A DNA stretch of 33,507 nt, taken from assembly GCA_046597055.1 (NCBI GenBank), contig JBKJLC010000125.1, positions 1 to 33,507 on the forward strand, written 5' to 3'. Under the pieces are notes generated by a model. The model was not told the DNA's origin. It saw only the letters and a list, made by a program, of their open reading frames with translations, and did not search any database. The translations under genes were made by a program, and so were the position numbers. This document shows positions 28,097 to 33,507 of this stretch, piece by piece; positions within the stretch are counted from its first letter, which is position 1; the number at the start of each line of letters is the position of its first letter. This DNA comes from Kofleriaceae bacterium. GTDB taxonomy: Bacteria; Myxococcota_A; Polyangia; Haliangiales; Haliangiaceae.

Positions 28097-29215
28097 ATGA
28101 TGGACACCCTGTACCGGCGCCCCCTGCCCGCCGACGCGGTCGCGTTCTCGTCGGCGCCGGGGCGCGCGCTGTTCGCCGAGGCGCTCGCCACCGGCGGGCT
28201 CGACGGCTACTTCCCGCTGGCCGAGCAGTTCCACACCCAGGCCGATCCGGCGTTCTGCGGGCTCGGCTCGCTGGTGGTCGCGCTCAACGCGCTGGCGATC
28301 GATCCGGGCCGGCTGTGGAAGGGCCCGTGGCGGTGGTTCGCCGAGGATCTGCTCGACTGCTGCGTCCCGCTCGACGAGATCCGCCGGCGCGGCCTCGATC
28401 TCGACGAGCTCGCGTGCCTGGCCCGGTGCAACGCCGCCGAGGTCGAGCTCCATCGCGCCGAGCACGACGGCGTCGAGGCCTGGCGCGCCGCCCTGGCGAT
28501 CGCGGCCGCGGGGTCCGCGGTCGTCATCGCCTCGTACGATCGCAGCGCGCTCGGCCAGACCGGCGCCGGCCACTTCTCGCCGGTCGGCGGCTACCACGCC
28601 GGCCACGACCTCGCGCTCGTCCTCGACGTGGCGCGCTTCAAGTATCCACCGCACTGGATCGGGGCCGAACCGCTGTGGCGCGCGATGCAGCCGGTCGATC
28701 CGGCCACCGGCCGCTCGCGGGGCTGGCTGGTGATCCGCGCGCGTGCGCACGGCGGCGCCGTCGGCTTCTCGCTCCGCTGCGACGGCGCCGGCTGGCAGGC
28801 GCTCGCCGACCGGCTGGCGAGGGTGGTCACCGAGCTGGCCGACATCGTCGACGTCGCCGCGCTCGCCCGCGCGGTCGTGCCGCTCGCCGGTCACCTGACG
28901 ATCCGCGCCGCGGGCACCGAAGCCCACGCCGACGCACTCGCGAGCGCCCGGACCGGCGTGGCCCGCCTCGCCCTCCATGCTTACATCGTCGACGCGGTTG
29001 GCCCCACCCACGCCGAGGGCGTGGCGCTGCTCATGCTCGCGATCGCCGATCGCCTGCCGCCGCCGTGGCGGGCCGCGCTCGCGCCGCTGGTCGCGCTGAC
29101 CGAGGTCGACGACGCGCTCGCCGGCGAGCTCACCAACCTGCGCGCCCAGATGGCCGCGGTGTGGACGCTGGGCGCGACCGGTCCCGGCTGCGCCGGTGCC
29201 GCGGGCTGCCGCTGA
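28097..29215 (+). CDS. pcs: Phytochelatin synthase (glutathione gamma-glutamylcysteinyltransferase), eukaryote-like with C-terminal extension
   Basis: TQADPAFCGLGSL (catalytic Cys), IDPGRLWKGPWRWF, LDCC, GQTGAGHFSPVGGY (His) and LDVARFKYPPHW (Asp). Confidence 0.93.
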   Translation: MMDTLYRRPLPADAVAFSSAPGRALFAEALATGGLDGYFPLAEQFHTQADPAFCGLGSLVVALNALAIDPGRLWKGPWRWFAEDLLDCCVPLDEIRRRGLDLDELACLARCNAAEVELHRAEHDGVEAWRAALAIAAAGSAVVIASYDRSALGQTGAGHFSPVGGYHAGHDLALVLDVARFKYPPHWIGAEPLWRAMQPVDPATGRSRGWLVIRARAHGGAVGFSLRCDGAGWQALADRLARVVTELADIVDVAALARAVVPLAGHLTIRAAGTEAHADALASARTGVARLALHAYIVDAVGPTHAEGVALLMLAIADRLPPPWRAALAPLVALTEVDDALAGELTNLRAQMAAVWTLGATGPGCAGAAGCR

Positions 29216-29241
29216 CGCCCAGCTGGTCGTCGAGTAGGCGA

Positions 29242-30534
29242 TCACGAACCGGCGGCGGTCCGACGGGTCTGCCGCAAGAAGTAGACGCAGCTCACCGTGA
29301 AGCACGTGGCGCACACGAGGCTGGCGACGTACGAGAAGTGACGGAAGAACACCAGCTTCGAGGTCTCGGCCTGCCCGAACACCTTGTAGAGCACCAGCGC
29401 GACCGAGCCGCCGTAGGCCACCGCGTCACTGATGTAGATCAGGAACACCGCGGTCGCGACCACGCCGAGCGCCGCGATGGTGCGGTCGAACAGCACCGAC
29501 CCGTACGGGACGTAACCCAGGTAGAGGCCGAGCCCGACCAGGATCATCCACGTGCGCGGCCCGATCAGGCCCAGATCGAAGCTCAGCGTGCCCACGCCGA
29601 TCATCACGCTGCCGACGATCATGATGACGTACGTCAGCAGGAGGCCGCGCCGGTTGTCCTTCACCAGGTAGAGCAGCGCGAGCACGACCATCACCGACAG
29701 CGCGATCGGGATCTCGGTCAGCGTGAGGTTGCTCGCGCTCGGCGCCGACCCGAGGTCGGTCCAGATCTCGGCCGCGTAGTTGTCGCGAAAGTCGCGGTAC
29801 GCGGTCAAGAACAGGTAGACGAGCACCAGCAGGACCAGGCCCGGCAGGTACCGCCAGGTGAACGCGCGCCGCTCGGGCGCCGACATCGGCTCGCGCTCGG
29901 TGCGGGCGGCCACGTCGGCCGGGCTCGGCGGCGGGATCAGCGACAGCCCCCACACCGCCAGGAAGAACATGGGCAGGAACAGGAGGCCGGTGGTCGCGGG
30001 CATCCACGCCTCGCTCACGCCCTCGCCGAGCAGGGTCACGCCGACCGACTTCACCGCGCCGCTCGCGACCACGTAGGCGCAGCTGAGCCCGGCGCCGAGG
30101 ATCTCCGAGGTGCGCCGGCCCTCGAGGAAGCTGAACACCACGCCCCACACGGTGCCGAGCGGCAGCCCGTTGAGGAACAGCGCCACCACCTTGCCCTCGG
30201 GCGGCACCACCGCGAACAGCACCAGCGCCGCCTCGGCCCACACGATCAAGAGCACCAGCGCCCACGCGCGCCGGCCCGGCTGCATCTCGGAGTTGAACTT
30301 GACGCCGAGCATCTTCGACAGCGCGTAGCCGGCGAGCTGGCTGATGATGAGCGCGCTCTTGAGATCGAGATCGCCGAGCGTCTCGCCGGCGTAGGTCGCC
30401 GCCGCGAACGGCTTGCGGAACGCGTACATGCAGAAGTAGGTCGTGAACGCCACCACGACCGCGTAGGTGGCGAACCAGCCCGGCGAGGCGCGGCCGAGCC
30501 AGCGGGTGATGCCCGCCCGGGTCGCGGCGGTCAT
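29242..30534 (-). CDS. DUF5690-family multi-pass membrane protein (MFS-like)
   Basis: AFTTYFCMYAFRKPF, SQLAGYALSK, FLNGLPLG.VWG.VFSFLEGRR and LTAYRDFRDN. ATGA overlap with the upstream MFS gene. Confidence 0.8.
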   Translation of the reverse strand: MTAATRAGITRWLGRASPGWFATYAVVVAFTTYFCMYAFRKPFAAATYAGETLGDLDLKSALIISQLAGYALSKMLGVKFNSEMQPGRRAWALVLLIVWAEAALVLFAVVPPEGKVVALFLNGLPLGTVWGVVFSFLEGRRTSEILGAGLSCAYVVASGAVKSVGVTLLGEGVSEAWMPATTGLLFLPMFFLAVWGLSLIPPPSPADVAARTEREPMSAPERRAFTWRYLPGLVLLVLVYLFLTAYRDFRDNYAAEIWTDLGSAPSASNLTLTEIPIALSVMVVLALLYLVKDNRRGLLLTYVIMIVGSVMIGVGTLSFDLGLIGPRTWMILVGLGLYLGYVPYGSVLFDRTIAALGVVATAVFLIYISDAVAYGGSVALVLYKVFGQAETSKLVFFRHFSYVASLVCATCFTVSCVYFLRQTRRTAAGS

Positions 30535-31793
30535 CGGGTCGCGGCCTCCGCGGGCGCCGCGCGCTCGGCGATCGCGTTCCACAGCGGCAGCGCGACCACG
30601 GCCGCACCGAGCGCGCACGCCGACCAGAAGTAGAGCGCGGTGTGCCAGTCGTGATGGTCGACGATGTAGCCGGTGAGCTGATCGCCGGCGGCGGCGCCGA
30701 GATAGCCGACGAAGTTCACGAAGCCGACCGCGGCCGCCGCGCTGCCCCGCCGCGCGAGATCGACCGGCGCGGTGCCGACCAGCAGCACCTGCGGCCCGAA
30801 GATCATCGCGCCGATCAGGGCGAGCGTGACGATCGACAGCGGCAGGTTGGTCTGCACGATCGCGTCGTAGCCGATCGTCAAGAGCGCGAGCATCACCAGC
30901 ATCGCGCAGATCGCGGGCACCCGCCGACCGCCGAGGAAGCGGTCGGTCACCCACCCCGCCAGCAGGGTCCCGGTGATCCCGCCGAGCGGCAGCACCGAGT
31001 ACTTCAGCGCCGACTTGCCGATCCCGCCGGGCTGCACCTCCATCAGGTGCGCGACGCCCCAGTCGAGGAAGCCGAACCGGCACGCGTTGAGGAGCCCGAG
31101 CGACAGCGCCAGCAGCCACAGCTGCGGCGTCGCCAGGGTCAGGCCCAGGGTCGCCAGCCACGAACGCGTCGGCGCCCCGGCCACCCGCGCCACCGGCACC
31201 ACCGGCGCGTCCGGCTGCTCGCGCAACGTCGCCAGCATGAAGAACGCGGCGGCGGTCAGCAGCACCGCCGGCACGTACAGCGCGCCGCGCCAGCCCAGCC
31301 ACTCGGCCGACCAGCCCGACACGACGAACGTCAGGGCCCCCGCGAGCTGGTAGCCCGTGCCGATCACGCTGATCGCGCGGCCGCGCTGCACCGGCGGGAA
31401 CCAGGCGGCGGCGACCCGCATCGTCGGCGGCCAGCCCAGCGCCTGGAAGTAGCCGTTGCACGCCCAGATGAAGAGCAAGAAGTAGAAGCCGGTCACCAGC
31501 CCGAACAGCACGTTGAGCGCGGCCGACACCAGCATGCCGACCGCGAGCAGCCGGCGCGCGCCGAACCGCTCGGCCAGCTGGCCGTTGACCAGCTGGCCCA
31601 CGCCGTAGCTGAGCTTGAGCGCGCCGAGGATCCAGCCGACCTCGGTGGCCGTGAGGTCGAGCTCGGCCCGCATCCCGGGCACCGCCGCCGACAGGTTGCT
31701 CCGGCAGAAGTAGAAAGCGCCGTAGGTGAGCCACAGGACCCACATCACCTGCGACTGCGCGCGATCGAACCGAACCTGCCTGTGCCGGGTCAT
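30531..31793 (-). CDS. MFS transporter, organophosphate:Pi antiporter (GlpT/UhpC-like) family
   Basis: LTYGAFYFCRSNLS (conserved Arg in TM1), NGYFQALGWPP, WFPPVQRG, GWVTDRFLGGRR and FGPQVL; about 12 hydrophobic segments. Confidence 0.85.
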   Translation of the reverse strand: MTRHRQVRFDRAQSQVMWVLWLTYGAFYFCRSNLSAAVPGMRAELDLTATEVGWILGALKLSYGVGQLVNGQLAERFGARRLLAVGMLVSAALNVLFGLVTGFYFLLFIWACNGYFQALGWPPTMRVAAAWFPPVQRGRAISVIGTGYQLAGALTFVVSGWSAEWLGWRGALYVPAVLLTAAAFFMLATLREQPDAPVVPVARVAGAPTRSWLATLGLTLATPQLWLLALSLGLLNACRFGFLDWGVAHLMEVQPGGIGKSALKYSVLPLGGITGTLLAGWVTDRFLGGRRVPAICAMLVMLALLTIGYDAIVQTNLPLSIVTLALIGAMIFGPQVLLVGTAPVDLARRGSAAAAVGFVNFVGYLGAAAGDQLTGYIVDHHDWHTALYFWSACALGAAVVALPLWNAIAERAAPAEAATR

Positions 31794-31912
31794 CGCGTCG
31801 GGAGTTGTCCTACGGCACGCCGCCGGCGACAACCGAGTGGCGACGCATTACGGGTGACGGCGGAGCGGCGGCCCGGTGACGCCGGTCGCGGTCAGCGCGC
31901 CTCGGCGCCGGC

Positions 31913-32596
31913 TCACTGGCCGCAGGAGACCAGCACTTCGACCTGGCTGTCGCCGGTCTCGCGGATCTTGCCGATGCCGCGCGCGAAGAAGAACTCCTTC
32001 ACCGCCACGCCGCCGGCGGTGCGGGTCCGGCGCAGCTGGACGCACGAGAACGTGCCCAGCGGCGACTCGCACGGCGCCGCGGCGTTCACGACCAGCCAGC
32101 TGTCGGTGTTGGGCACGGTGGTCATGACCCCCAGGGCGTCGGTCGAATTCTCGACGTACGCTTCGTCCCAGGTCGCGCCCGTGACCAGCCGGGCCGGCGT
32201 CTCGTCCAGGCGGAGCTGGCTGGGGTCGTAGGTCGTGGTCCGGTCGACCGCGCCGGTGTCGGTGATGTCCTCCTGCTTCAGGCGCACCACCCGGTCGCCC
32301 TCGAGGCGAAGCAGGCTGCGGGTGCTGCCGGCCAGCTTGCCCGTGGTCTGGACGATCACCGCGCCGAAGGTCGGATCGGTGCCGGCCGCCAGCGACTGAG
32401 CCTTGGTCTTCCGCTGGCCGGTCTGGACGTTGGTGACCTGGTAGCTCCACGTCAGGCCGGCCTCGAACGGCAGCAGCCGCGCGCTGCCGAACCCGCACAC
32501 GTCGTCCCCGGGACCGATCACGCCGCCTCCTTCGGAACCACCACACGCCGCGAGCGAGAACGCGAGCACCAGCGCACCGAGCTTGTTCGAATACAT
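31913..32596 (-). CDS. Hypothetical beta-rich lipoprotein
   Basis: MYSNKLGALVLAFSLAAC lipobox. LLPFEAGLTWSY...SPLGTFSCV...FFARGIGKIRE is a common secreted beta-sheet motif set. Starts 2 nt after the porin stop. Confidence 0.75.
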   Translation of the reverse strand: MYSNKLGALVLAFSLAACGGSEGGGVIGPGDDVCGFGSARLLPFEAGLTWSYQVTNVQTGQRKTKAQSLAAGTDPTFGAVIVQTTGKLAGSTRSLLRLEGDRVVRLKQEDITDTGAVDRTTTYDPSQLRLDETPARLVTGATWDEAYVENSTDALGVMTTVPNTDSWLVVNAAAPCESPLGTFSCVQLRRTRTAGGVAVKEFFFARGIGKIRETGDSQVEVLVSCGQ

Positions 32597-32598
32597 GA

Positions 32599-33507
32599 TC
32601 ACTTCAGCTCCGTTTCTGATTTGAAAGCCACGCCGAGTTGCAGACGCACGATGGTCGCGTCGCTGCTCGCCGCGGCCGTGTCCTGCGCAAGCCGCCGGCC
32701 GCCCTCGAGCTGCAGGCGGAGCTTGCCGGTGATCCACAAAGCGGCGCCGCCGGTCACCTCGGTGATCCGGTCGCCGGCCTGGTCGGTCGACGGCTCGTAC
32801 CAGCCGAGCGCCGCGTACGGCTCGATCATCTTCAGGGGACCCGCGAGCTCGAGCCGAGGCGCGGCCAGCGCCTGCGCGGCGATGAACTGGCCGGTCTGGG
32901 CCCCGTTCACGTAGGTGGTGGCGTTGGCGCCGGCCATCGCTTCGAGCCACACGCGCAGCGGCTCGAGCTCGAGGAAGCCCTCGAGCGAGCCGAACGCGCG
33001 GTGACGGTAGCTGTCGGGGGCGGCCTGACGGCCCAGCGTGCCCATCCAGCCGCCGGCGACCGCGACGTGGAGGCCGGGCGTCGGCTCGATCTCGAAGCGC
33101 GCGAGCAGGTCCTGGTTCACCTCGGACGCCGGCAGCGCCAGGTCGCTCGCGAGGTCGCTCTCGTGAACCGTGAACGTCAGCGCGGGGTTCATCGCGCCCG
33201 GCAGCTCGAACGCGAGCGAGACGCCGTCGCCACGACCGCCGGCGAACAGCAGGCGCCGATCGTCGATGCGGAGCTCGGACAGCAGCCCGCGATCGACCCG
33301 CGGCAGGTCCCACGTCGATGCGAGGCCGATGAAGCTCACCGGGCGCTTGAAGCGGCCGGCGGTGACCGCGAGGAACGGGACGGGTTTGTAGCGGATGAAG
33401 GTGTCCTTCAGCTCGGGCTGCGCGCCCGCGAAGTCGACCTCGAGATCCATGCGGAGCCGCTTGTTGGGGCGGTACACGAGAAAGGCGCGGGCGCTGTCGA
33501 TCGAGCG
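32599..33507 (-). CDS. Outer-membrane porin, OprO/OprP (phosphate-selective) family-like; 5' end outside window
   Basis: The frame is open to the window end. SARAFL...LEVDFAG...LKDTFIRY...AGRFKRP.S resembles the Porin_O_P N-terminal motifs. Amphipathic beta strands, ending RLQLGVAF. Confidence 0.65.
   Translation of the reverse strand, partial: RSIDSARAFLVYRPNKRLRMDLEVDFAGAQPELKDTFIRYKPVPFLAVTAGRFKRPVSFIGLASTWDLPRVDRGLLSELRIDDRRLLFAGGRGDGVSLAFELPGAMNPALTFTVHESDLASDLALPASEVNQDLLARFEIEPTPGLHVAVAGGWMGTLGRQAAPDSYRHRAFGSLEGFLELEPLRVWLEAMAGANATTYVNGAQTGQFIAAQALAAPRLELAGPLKMIEPYAALGWYEPSTDQAGDRITEVTGGAALWITGKLRLQLEGGRRLAQDTAAASSDATIVRLQLGVAFKSETELK

Noticed and set aside
25269..28100. 943-aa plus-strand ORF (likewise 425-2395, 9686-12283, 17796-19841, 28315-30633)
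   Set aside because: Alternative-frame overlaps of real genes with the Arg/Pro-rich composition typical of off-frame GC-rich sequence.

Overview
Very GC-rich bacterial chromosomal window. Gene content (DUF4157 protein, TIGR02996-LRR protein, Ser/Thr kinase-AAA-TPR protein, many lipoproteins, sigma54-like promoters) points to Myxococcota, possibly Haliangiales/Kofleriaceae-like; this is inference. I support about 23 CDS plus one frameshifted gene remnant. In order: partial Rrf2 regulator, double-DUF4157 protein with a coupled lipoprotein, GAF-PAS-GGDEF cyclase, CAP lipoprotein, PcRGLX-like lyase lipoprotein, the remnant, DEAD-box helicase, hybrid histidine kinase, small lipoprotein, cbpA-cbpM-YkgJ operon, MBL hydrolase plus SnoaL-like protein, Ser/Thr kinase convergent on a TerB-like/PPP phosphatase, prolyl oligopeptidase, Zn-ribbon/TIGR02996/LRR protein, heparinase II/III-like lipoprotein, phytochelatin synthase, and a porin-lipoprotein-MFS-DUF5690 cluster. 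I saw no rRNA, complete tRNA, CRISPR array or transposase. Strongest leads: (1) a phytochelatin synthase that looks plant-type in both its catalytic domain and its C-terminal extension; (2) a tandem-DUF4157 carrier with an unrecognised C-terminal tip and an overlapping lipoprotein, a candidate effector/immunity pair; (3) a TerB-like domain fused to a PP1-like phosphatase facing a kinase; (4) a candidate organophosphate/phosphonate uptake cluster. All family calls come from motif recognition by eye, with no database searches.
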